Below are positions 18,829-25,938 of a stretch of 27,803 nucleotides of DNA, in pieces. The first letter of the stretch is position 1, and each line of letters begins with the position of its first letter. The notes below the pieces were generated by a model. It saw nothing but the letters and a program-made list of their open reading frames with translations, was not told where the DNA came from and did not search any database. Both the position numbers and the translations under genes were made by a program. The DNA lies in assembly GCA_009783605.1 (NCBI GenBank), contig WRDE01000001.1:1-27803 (forward strand). Direction: 5' to 3'. The DNA comes from Oscillospiraceae bacterium. Its GTDB lineage: Bacteria; Bacillota; Clostridia; Oscillospirales; Acutalibacteraceae.

Positions 18829-20233
18829 TCTCCTGTTCCTCCCTCGCTTTTTTCGTGATCTCCCGGATAAACCCGCCCTTCGCCGCGGTATATCCGTCCC
18901 GGTCATGCTCGAATTTCTGCCGCAGCTCCCGCTTCAGCGCGGCATACGCGGCGGCGGCTTCGGGATGGGCGATCAGATAATCCCGGAAGTATACTTCATC
19001 ATGGTCGCCGGGATACCGCACATGGATATGATACACCCGCTCGGCGAAACCGGTCGATGTGTAGCCTTTTATAAACATCAGATGGGGCGGCGGCGATGGC
19101 ATAGACGGCGGGTTCAGGCAGATGTATTCAGGCGCGGGCAGCGCGGCGATCAATTGCGATAGATCGGCATCTTCGCTGATCTCCAGCAGGATATCCACCG
19201 TCGGTTTGGCCGTCAGCCCCGGCACAGAGGTGCTGCCATAATGAGTGGTCCTTACGATATGTTTCGCACCTATCAGCCGTTCCAGATTCGCTTTTTCCTC
19301 CGCAAACCACTGCGGCCAGGCGGGGTTATAGTTGCTTAAAATAATGGGAAACAACCGGGCGCGCTGCTCATCGGTGAGTTGATCCGGCGGCTTGGGTTCT
19401 CTCACCATCCGCAAATACGCCCGCATCCCGTCCTCTTCCTCCTGCCGGTATGTAAAACCTAAATGCTCCGCCACCGATACCGCCAGTGTATGGAATAGAT
19501 CGCACATCGTATACACCGCCGCCCAGACGTCGGCGTAGTCGCTGCCACACCAGGCGGCGGCATACTGCGCGTATAATTCCGGAGGTAAATACTTTTTGTA
19601 ATATTTGCCCATCTTGCCAGAGGATACCGAAAAATCGGTCTGGGTGCCGATATGCCAGTCAATCATATCGTGCAGCTCCGCACGCACTACACCGTTCAGC
19701 ATCTGCATCACATACGGCAGCTCGTCCCGGGCGATACCTTTGGCGACATTGTTCAGGCACCACCAGAAATTGTTGCAGCAGGAATAATAGAACAGCGGCG
19801 AGGGCGGTTTGACCCAAAAATCTTTGTCGGTCGGCGGCGGATAAACCGGAACAATCCCATCCTTGTCAAGCAATGTGACGGTTAAACAGTCATAGCGCTC
19901 TAAATTTTCGACGGTTAGCGGAACCAAAGACAGGTCGATCCGATTCCCGTCCTCAAAAAGCATCAGATAACCGAAATGTCCGTCGGCATTGTCCGGCCAG
20001 CGCATCGTTTCCGGCATCTGCAACATAAGCCTATTGCCGAAAACATCAATCCACCGGTGGTCTTTCGTAAAGGAATCGACATCGGTCACCATGTACGCAA
20101 TATCGTAATCCTGATAGTGGTCCTTCGGCGCGGCGGGATTCGCGCGCGAACCGTTCATAAGCACCGCCCGGATCCGCTCATCCGCCCGGGCAACACCCAA
20201 AATCAACTCCATCATTTCCTGTTCAGTGCGCAT
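18821..20233 (-). CDS. Aminoglycoside 6-adenylyltransferase (AadK/ANT(6))-like domain fused to a GrpB/UPF0157 domain
   Basis: aa 1-~280: MRTEQEMMELIL...RIRAVLMNGSRAN...QDYDI...LMLFEDGNRIDL...NNFWW...VAKGIARDELPY...GKMGKY. aa ~283-465: LFPIILSNYNPAWP...HYGSTSVPGLTAKPTVDIL...YHIHV...FRDYLIAHP...YTAAKG. Confidence 0.9.
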   Translation of the reverse strand: MRTEQEMMELILGVARADERIRAVLMNGSRANPAAPKDHYQDYDIAYMVTDVDSFTKDHRWIDVFGNRLMLQMPETMRWPDNADGHFGYLMLFEDGNRIDLSLVPLTVENLERYDCLTVTLLDKDGIVPVYPPPTDKDFWVKPPSPLFYYSCCNNFWWCLNNVAKGIARDELPYVMQMLNGVVRAELHDMIDWHIGTQTDFSVSSGKMGKYYKKYLPPELYAQYAAAWCGSDYADVWAAVYTMCDLFHTLAVSVAEHLGFTYRQEEEDGMRAYLRMVREPKPPDQLTDEQRARLFPIILSNYNPAWPQWFAEEKANLERLIGAKHIVRTTHYGSTSVPGLTAKPTVDILLEISEDADLSQLIAALPAPEYICLNPPSMPSPPPHLMFIKGYTSTGFAERVYHIHVRYPGDHDEVYFRDYLIAHPEAAAAYAALKRELRQKFEHDRDGYTAAKGGFIREITKKAREEQEND

Positions 20234-20245
20234 ACGGATCCAACC

Positions 20246-20280
20246 TTTCTAATCACTATCCACTAATCACTAATCACTAC
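20246..20280 (-). repeat. 7-bp tandem array, 5 units (transcript sense GTAGTGA/TTAGTGA/TTAGTGG/ATAGTGA/TTAGAAA)
   Basis: Forward strand tttctaa tcactat ccactaa tcactaa tcactac. The first unit supplies the aroK TAG stop. Confidence 0.88.
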
Positions 20281-20780
20281 CATAAAAGCTCCTTAATAAT
20301 CTCCCGCGCCACCGCGTCCGGCGACTGCTCGCCGTTGACGATATAATCCGAGATGCTTTTATACTGCGGATAACGGGTGATGAAAATATTATGCATCGCC
20401 TTACGCTTGTCCGGCTGGGTCAGCAGCGGCCGGGAGCTGTCACCCTGAAGCCGCCGCCAGGCGGTTTCCTCGTCGATATTCAACCAGACCAATACACTGT
20501 TTTCCGCCAGCGCCCGGCGGTTGCGCCGGTCTAACAGCGCGCCGCCGCCGGCGGCGATAACGAACCCCTGCTTTTCGCCCAGCATAGCGCAGACCGCGTT
20601 CTCCCGGCGCCGGAATTCTTTTTCGCCGTGGCGCTCAAAGATCTCGTTTACCGTCAGCCCGGCCTGCCGTTCGATCATCTCGTCCATATCCGCAAACGGA
20701 CGTCCGCCCAGCACCGCCAGCCGTTTGCCGACAGTGGTTTTTCCGCATCCCATGAAACCATATAATACAATATTTTTCAT
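20277..20780 (-). CDS. aroK: Shikimate kinase
   Basis: IVLYGFMGCGKTTVG, IFERHGEKEFRRRE, AAGGGA, RPLL. Start corrected to 20780 (SD GGAGG). Confidence 0.95.
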   Translation of the reverse strand: MKNIVLYGFMGCGKTTVGKRLAVLGGRPFADMDEMIERQAGLTVNEIFERHGEKEFRRRENAVCAMLGEKQGFVIAAGGGALLDRRNRRALAENSVLVWLNIDEETAWRRLQGDSSRPLLTQPDKRKAMHNIFITRYPQYKSISDYIVNGEQSPDAVAREIIKELLW

Positions 20781-20910
20781 TAGCGCGCATCCTCCGGGAA
20801 TGGTATTTTTTATGGAAATAATTTTAGCATTTTTATGAGTATTACGCAAGTAGAAAATTAGAGATTTGTGATATCGTCATATTGTGTCGAGACTTGTCAA
20901 CCTCTCCCTC

Positions 20911-20939
20911 TTGACGAACCGGATAAAAAGGGGTAAAAT
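20911..20939 (+). promoter_or_regulatory. Sigma-A promoter of DUF1292 (probably also drives the 6S RNA)
   Basis: TTGACG-N17-TAAAAT. Confidence 0.75.
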
Positions 20940-20976
20940 ATAATCAAGATATAAAAAAGAAGGGATCGGGATAACT

Positions 20977-21276
20977 ATGGCGGAGGAATACGGGCCGGAT
21001 CTGGTCACATTGGTCGACGACGAGGGCAATCAATATGAATTTGAGGTGATCGACGCCATCGAAACCGACGACGGCCGGTATATCGCCATCCTGCCGTACC
21101 ACGAAAACCCGGAGGAGTCCCTCGACGAGGACGGGGAATTAGTCATTCTCAAAGTCGTGGACGAGAACGGCGAAGAGGTGCTCGAAACCATCGAAGAAGA
21201 CGACGAATTCGACGAGATAGCAGAGCTGTTTGAAGAACGGCTAAAAGAACTGTATGAGATTGATCTGGTGGAGTAA
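20977..21276 (+). CDS. DUF1292 domain protein
   Basis: Acidic protein: DLVTLVDDEGNQYEFEVID...YIAILP...ETIEEDDEFDEIAELFEERL. Confidence 0.93.
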   Translation: MAEEYGPDLVTLVDDEGNQYEFEVIDAIETDDGRYIAILPYHENPEESLDEDGELVILKVVDENGEEVLETIEEDDEFDEIAELFEERLKELYEIDLVE

Positions 21277-21280
21277 ACAC

Positions 21281-21306
21281 AATTGAAAATTGAGAATTGA
21301 AAATTG
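21281..21306 (+). repeat. 7-bp tandem array (AATTGAA/AATTGAG/AATTGAA/AATTG)
   Basis: Starts 4 nt after the DUF1292 stop. TGA at 21284, 21291 and 21298. Confidence 0.85.
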
Positions 21307-21316
21307 GTTTTCATCC

Positions 21317-21605
21317 AGATACGGCGGCGCACCAAAAAACGCGGAATTTCCATTCTGATCAGCGCTTTATTGACTTTCACCCAGACGCGGCGGCGTCAAT
21401 AACAAACGCCTGGTATTGGCTTATACACGCCGGAACAGGCAGCCAGGCGTTTGTGAGTGGGATTTTAGACGCGGCGGCGCACCAAAAAACGCGAAACATC
21501 CATTTTAATTAGCGCTTTATTGACTTTCACCCAGACGCGGCGGCGTCAATAACAAACGCCCGGTATTGGCTTATACACGCCGGAACGGGCAGCCAGGCGT
21601 TTGTG
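21317..21605 (+). repeat. 150-bp tandem duplication of a palindrome-rich unit (21317-21455 and 21467-21605)
   Basis: The 95-nt blocks 21361-21455 and 21511-21605 differ at only 2 positions. Internal inverted repeats TTATTGAC/GTCAATAA and ACAAACGCCTGG/CCAGGCGTTTGT. Confidence 0.92.
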
Positions 21606-21613
21606 CGGCTCGG

Positions 21614-21814
21614 TTTCCTGCGCGGTTCGCGGACCGCTGTCCAATAACCCTACTACACTTGGAATTCGGGAGCTTGGCTCCGCTGTGGGACTGCAGACCT
21701 CCCGCGGGAAGCATGACTTTCTGCGGACGAAGGGAGCGAGAAAACAGCGGGCAGGCACCCACCCTGCTTACGTTAGTAGCAGGTTATCGAGGACAGTTTA
21801 CGGCCGGGCGGGAA
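21614..21814 (+). ncRNA. ssrS: Probable 6S RNA
   Basis: ~200-nt rod. Closing helices TTCCTGCGCGG/CCGGGCGGGAA, CTGTCC/GGACAG and ATAACC/GGTTAT. Central bubble with GGGAGCT on the 5' side and GGCACCCACC plus a CCTGC/GCAGG hairpin on the 3' side. Apical helix CCGCTGT/ACAGCGG. These motifs are recalled from Firmicutes 6S RNAs; Rfam was not run. Confidence 0.75.
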
Positions 21815-21960
21815 TTTTATTTTAACAGCAAAAGCGCTGCGACGTACCAAAAACGCCGCAGCGTTTTTGAGTGGGGTTCGGGCCGGGCGGGAATTTTATT
21901 TTAACAGCAAAAGCGCTGCGACGCACCAAAAAACGCCGCAGCGTTTTTGAGTGGGGTTCG
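21802..21960 (+). repeat. 79/80-bp tandem duplication (6S 3' end plus terminator-like hairpin)
   Basis: 21802-21880 and 21881-21960 differ by one substitution and one A indel. Each contains AAAAACGC-CGCA-GCGTTTTT. Confidence 0.92.
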
Positions 21961-22174
21961 GGGCTCGTAATTGGGGCTTGTGCGGCTAAAGCCGCGACTG
22001 CGCCTGTTCGCTGATTGTTGATTCAGCAGACAATGGGGACAGCGCTGTGGCAAATGCGGCGGTCGCGCAGGTCGCGACGATTTGTCTGCCAAGCACTTCG
22101 CCTGTGCGTTGTTCGCAGTTGAGTAGAATCAACGAACAGGCGATGTCGCGCTTTAGCGCACGAGCCCCGAACTC
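21953..22174. repeat. Inverted doublet of REP-like palindromes (REPIN/MITE-like)
   Basis: Arm 21973-22016 (GGGGCTTGTGCGGCTAAAGCCGCGACTGCGCCTGTTCGCTGATT) matches the reverse complement of 22127-22168 (GGGGCTCGTGCGCTAAAGCGCGACATCGCCTGTTCGTTGATT). Confidence 0.75.
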
Positions 22175-22980
22175 TCCAGAAGCGGCGCGTAGCTCATCAC
22201 CGCGTGATTTTCAATCAGGTATTCATCCGCTGTTTCGATTCCGCCGGCGTCAAACTGTTTGCGGAACAGCACATTGTGCCGGGTATATCCGCCCCACCAT
22301 TCGGGTTTCATGATATGCTCCCGCTCATATACCCGATAGGTAACCTCCGGCGGGGCGTCCGACTGCCATGTGCCGGTCAGGTTTTTTTCTCCCACCTCTA
22401 TATGCAGCCGGAAGGTCTGTTGGGTGTCGTTGCGGATCATCAGGTCGCCGTAGTTGTAAAAACAGGTGGCGCCGCTGCCGAATGGCTGGGTGCGGCTGGC
22501 GTCGGGGAACACGTCATATCCGTGGCGGTGGCGTTCGGTCACGGTCAGCGGGGTGTGGGCAGTCATCCAGAAAATCAGGTTGGACAGCTGGCACAGCCCG
22601 CCGCCGGTGGCCGCGTAAAACCCGCCGTTCCGCAGCACCATCCCTTTCAGATATCCCTTCCGTTTGGCGGGTCTGCCGATGGCTTTCCAATAGGAAAAGG
22701 TTTCGCCCGGCGCCAGCGTGATGCCGTCTAACTTTTTAACCGCGATTTTGAGATTGACGATCTTGTTATATTGCAGGATCATCTCCACATCCTTCAGCTT
22801 CCGCAGCAGCGGCGTGGCATGGGTAAACACGGTATATGCCAGCGGCTGCGGGGATTGCCGGGCGAACCGCAGTCCGCCGAATAGCCAGAGCCGGTACCTT
22901 TTCAGCGTATAATACTGTTTCCCTGCCCAGAGACGGAGAGGGGAACGTTTTTTTGGTTCGGGAAGAAAATCTTTCATCAT
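22153..22980 (-). CDS. VanW-family protein
   Basis: NKIVNLKIAVKKLDGITLAPGETFSYW...KGYLKG...GGGLCQLSNLIFW...ERHRH...GATCFYNYGDL. Confidence 0.88.
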   Translation of the reverse strand: MMKDFLPEPKKRSPLRLWAGKQYYTLKRYRLWLFGGLRFARQSPQPLAYTVFTHATPLLRKLKDVEMILQYNKIVNLKIAVKKLDGITLAPGETFSYWKAIGRPAKRKGYLKGMVLRNGGFYAATGGGLCQLSNLIFWMTAHTPLTVTERHRHGYDVFPDASRTQPFGSGATCFYNYGDLMIRNDTQQTFRLHIEVGEKNLTGTWQSDAPPEVTYRVYEREHIMKPEWWGGYTRHNVLFRKQFDAGGIETADEYLIENHAVMSYAPLLESSGLVR

Positions 22981-23117
22981 AGCTATACTGTATCATACTT
23001 CATTCCGGAATACAAATTACAATTTTGTTACCTTTGCAAAAAATATTCAAATATTATGACCCGCTGATGTGTTATACTTATGTATTGTTGTATGCATCCC
23101 GACAGGAGAGATACATA

Positions 23118-23648
23118 ATGGATAATCAAACATTGGAAACCCTGATCCGGCGGATCTGTCAGGAGGATAACGGCGCTTTTGAGGAGCTGTACCGGCTGAT
23201 GAAGGGCGGCGTCTTTTCATTTGCCTATTCCCTCTGCGGCAACTGGCACACCGCCGAGGATGTATTGCAGGATACCTTTCTGCGGATCCGGCAGTATGCC
23301 GGCACCTATCAGCCGGGCACCAACCCGAAAGCCTGGATCCTCACCATCGCCAAAAATCTGGCGCTGAACACGCTGCGGAGCGGGAAACGGTTTGCCGATG
23401 ACAATCCCGGAGAGGACATCTCTGCGGTATATGAGCAGGATCAGACCGAAATGATCGAAAACCGGGTGCTGCTGGACCAGCTGCTGAAAACCCTGAACCA
23501 GACCGAACGCCAGATTGTCGCGCTCCACGCGGTATCCGACGTCAAACATGCGGATATCGCCAAAATGCTGGGAAAACCGTATGGAACGGTGCTGTGGACT
23601 TACTCAAACGCGGTGAAGAAATTGAAGAAAGAGCTTAACAATTCATAA
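23118..23648 (+). CDS. ECF-subfamily RNA polymerase sigma factor
   Basis: AFEELY...AEDVLQDTFLRI...PKAWILTIAKNLALN...ERQIVALH...DIAKMLGKPYGTVLW. Start corrected to 23118 (SD CAGGAG). Confidence 0.93.
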   Translation: MDNQTLETLIRRICQEDNGAFEELYRLMKGGVFSFAYSLCGNWHTAEDVLQDTFLRIRQYAGTYQPGTNPKAWILTIAKNLALNTLRSGKRFADDNPGEDISAVYEQDQTEMIENRVLLDQLLKTLNQTERQIVALHAVSDVKHADIAKMLGKPYGTVLWTYSNAVKKLKKELNNS

Positions 23649-23663
23649 TGCATAATGCATAAT
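23643..23663 (+). repeat. 7-bp tandem array (TCATAAT/GCATAAT/GCATAAT)
   Basis: The first unit supplies the ECF gene's TAA (23646). Further TAA at 23653 and 23660. Confidence 0.8.
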
Positions 23664-23794
23664 TAGGGGCATCTGTTTTTTGCGATACAATCAGTCGGTG
23701 CCAATTTTTTAGCCCGTTCCGGTGTTATATTGACAGAAGCGCTTTTGAAACTTTTGAAAACACCCTTTTTTACAGAAAGGAAGGAGCTATCCTC

Positions 23795-25879
23795 ATGAAC
23801 AAACCAATAAAAACCCATCTAAAAGCCCTCTTTAACAAAGCCGCGCCGGCCCAGCCGCCTGAGTTACAAACTGCAACCGAACATTCAGCATTCAGCACTC
23901 AGCATTCCGCATTCAAAAAACGTCGTTCCATCATTTACCATGTCGCCGCCGTTGCCGCCGCTTTTGCGCTTATCGCGGCGGGATTGGGTTATTTCCCGAT
24001 TCTGCGGCAGCACGATGAAGAGGATCCCGGTCCTTCCCTTGGCGCGATGAATGTGGCCGCCGTGGGGAATACCGCTACGCTGAAAAAACTGCTGAAAGGG
24101 TCGAACAATTATTATGGCGGCAATAGGTTTTTTTCCTTGGGTGGGGGCGACGAGATGGCCGAAGACGCTGAGATGCCGGCATCCGCACCGCCTACCGGTC
24201 AAAATAGCAACGAAGCTAAAGGAAGTTCCTCTGCCAAAGATGACCACTCCACCACCAATCTTCAGGTGGAAGGGGTGGACGAGGCCGATATTATCAAGAC
24301 CGACGGGGAATTCGTTTACTACCTCGCCAACAACAGCCTCTATATCGCGGATATCCGCGATCCGCGGGATATGACGATCGTCACCAAAATGAAATATGAC
24401 AACTGGGACAACCCCAACAACAGTCGCGCCGAAACGCCGATTGAGATGTATGTGGACGGCGATATCCTGACCGTGATCTTTACTGTGTATGAATGGGACA
24501 ACAGTGAAAGCGACAAAAGACAATACTATTATTATGATAACAGCTATTCCACCCGCGTCCGCGTTTTTGACATGGCCGACCGGGCGGATATCCGCCAGAC
24601 CCGGGATTTTTCCTTCGACGGCTATTACAGCACCTCCCGCAAGGTGGGGGATCTGCTGTATGTGATCGGGTATAAAGGGACCTATTACTATCCGTATGAA
24701 ACCGACGTTTTCGGCAACGAGATATATCCCCCGATCGCATCGGTGCTGCCCAAATGCAGGGCCGAAAACGGCGGCTGGGAAGCGGTCGCGTTAGACACCA
24801 TCCGGTATTTCACCGAAGTGGAGGACAACAACATTTTCCAATACATTATCGGGATGGACGTCAAAAATCCGGATGCCGAGGTCAAAACCAACATCTTTTT
24901 GAACAACGGCAACACCGTCTACGCCAACGCCGAAAATATCTATATCGCCGGGGTCAAATACAGCTATGACAGCGAAGAGTGGTGGCAAAGCAGCTGCGAT
25001 ACCATCGTCTCGAAATTCACCCTCAACGGCGGCGAAGTCCTCTTCGACGCGATGGGGACGGTCCCGGGCAACGTGCTCAACCAGTTCTCGATGGACGCGT
25101 ATACCGGCAACTTCCGGATCGCCACCACCGTCGACAGATGGTCGCCCGACGGGGAAAATCACTCTGCCAACAACCTGTATATCCTCGGCCCGGATATGAA
25201 AATCATCGGCAAGCTGACCGGGCTGGCCCCGGGCGAGCGGATCTATTCGGTCCGGTTTATCGGACCGAAGGTGTATATGGTCACCTTCCGGACGGTGGAT
25301 CCGCTGTTCGTCATCGACGCGGAGGATCCCGCCAATCCGCAGGTGCTGGGCGAGCTGAAGATCCCGGGCTACAGCTCTTATCTGCACCCCTATGACGAGA
25401 CACACATCATCGGTTTCGGGATGGATGCCGAGGAAGTGGATAAAGATCTCGCACTGAGACAGGGCATAAAAATCGCCATGTTCGATGTGTCGGATTTCCA
25501 CAACCCAAAAGAACTGTTCAACACCGCCATCGGCAAGCGGGGTTCGTATTCCGAGCTGTTGGACAACCACAAAGCGCTGCTGTTCTCGAAAGAAAAGAAT
25601 ATCTTCGCTTTCCCCGCGGTGGTTTGCAGGGAAGAATACAGCGAGGGGTGGCAGGGTTTCCTGTATTTCTCGATTGATATGGAAGAGGGTTTTGTCGAAA
25701 AAGGCAGAATCTCCCATGCGGGAGCCGCATATAATACCTATTGGGACTATTATGGATCGGAGATTGCCGTCACCCGCGGTATCTATGCGGGAGATGTGCT
25801 GTATACCTTCTCCGGCGCAAAAATTATGGCGCATTCGTTGGTGGATATGGCGTTTATCGGGGAGCTTAAAATCAATTGA
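23795..25879 (+). CDS. Membrane-anchored beta-propeller domain protein (putative anti-sigma partner)
   Basis: One TM segment (~aa 47-68). HSTTNLQVEGVDEADIIKTDGEFVY, LNQFSMDAYTGNFRIATT, GERIYSVRFIG..YMVTFRTVDPLFVID, GELKIPGYSSYLHPYDETHIIGFG. The anti-sigma role is inferred from its position after the ECF gene. Confidence 0.88.
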   Translation: MNKPIKTHLKALFNKAAPAQPPELQTATEHSAFSTQHSAFKKRRSIIYHVAAVAAAFALIAAGLGYFPILRQHDEEDPGPSLGAMNVAAVGNTATLKKLLKGSNNYYGGNRFFSLGGGDEMAEDAEMPASAPPTGQNSNEAKGSSSAKDDHSTTNLQVEGVDEADIIKTDGEFVYYLANNSLYIADIRDPRDMTIVTKMKYDNWDNPNNSRAETPIEMYVDGDILTVIFTVYEWDNSESDKRQYYYYDNSYSTRVRVFDMADRADIRQTRDFSFDGYYSTSRKVGDLLYVIGYKGTYYYPYETDVFGNEIYPPIASVLPKCRAENGGWEAVALDTIRYFTEVEDNNIFQYIIGMDVKNPDAEVKTNIFLNNGNTVYANAENIYIAGVKYSYDSEEWWQSSCDTIVSKFTLNGGEVLFDAMGTVPGNVLNQFSMDAYTGNFRIATTVDRWSPDGENHSANNLYILGPDMKIIGKLTGLAPGERIYSVRFIGPKVYMVTFRTVDPLFVIDAEDPANPQVLGELKIPGYSSYLHPYDETHIIGFGMDAEEVDKDLALRQGIKIAMFDVSDFHNPKELFNTAIGKRGSYSELLDNHKALLFSKEKNIFAFPAVVCREEYSEGWQGFLYFSIDMEEGFVEKGRISHAGAAYNTYWDYYGSEIAVTRGIYAGDVLYTFSGAKIMAHSLVDMAFIGELKIN
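23882..23916 (+). repeat. 7-bp tandem array inside the CDS (CATTCAG x2, CACTCAG, CATTCCG, CATTCAA)
   Basis: Encodes HSAFSTQHSAF near the N-terminus of the beta-propeller protein. Confidence 0.85.
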
Positions 25880-25886
25880 TAGGCGA

Positions 25887-25930
25887 TACAAATAGAAAAG
25901 GCCGGCATACGCCGGCCTTTTCTATTTGTA
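25887..25930. terminator. Bidirectional intrinsic terminator
   Basis: TACAAATAGAAAAGGCCGGC-ATAC-GCCGGCCTTTTCTATTTGTA, a 20-bp perfect stem. Confidence 0.9.
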
Positions 25931-25938
25931 GAACCTTT

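Noticed and set aside
14693-20233. Integron-like cassette array of accessory genes
   Set aside because: Genes overlap or abut, leaving no room for attC sites, and no integrase is present.
20872-20900. aroK promoter at minus-strand TTGACA (20900-20895)
   Set aside because: No acceptable -10 at 16-18 bp spacing.
21317-21960. CRISPR-like or guide array (conserved blocks with a variable 17-nt segment)
   Set aside because: Only two copies per unit. The variable segments are homologous (11/17), the units are 79-150 bp, and no cas-like gene is present.
21603-22200. Group II intron remnant (GTGCG at 21603 and 21980)
   Set aside because: No domain V/VI-like sequence and no RT ORF. The region is better explained as 6S RNA plus palindromic repeats.
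21297-22313. Small ORFs across the repeat/6S region
   Set aside because: They are products of repeat and structured-RNA sequence, lack SD support and contradict one another.
22153-22980. Vancomycin resistance cluster
   Set aside because: Only a lone VanW-family gene. No ligase, vanH/X/Y or vanRS genes are present, and VanW homologs are widespread outside van clusters.
23011-23031. TTACAA-TT-TTGTTA as a BlaI/MecI operator
   Set aside because: Imperfect, spacing differs from TACA-N2-TGTA, it lies in AT-rich sequence, and no such regulator is nearby.
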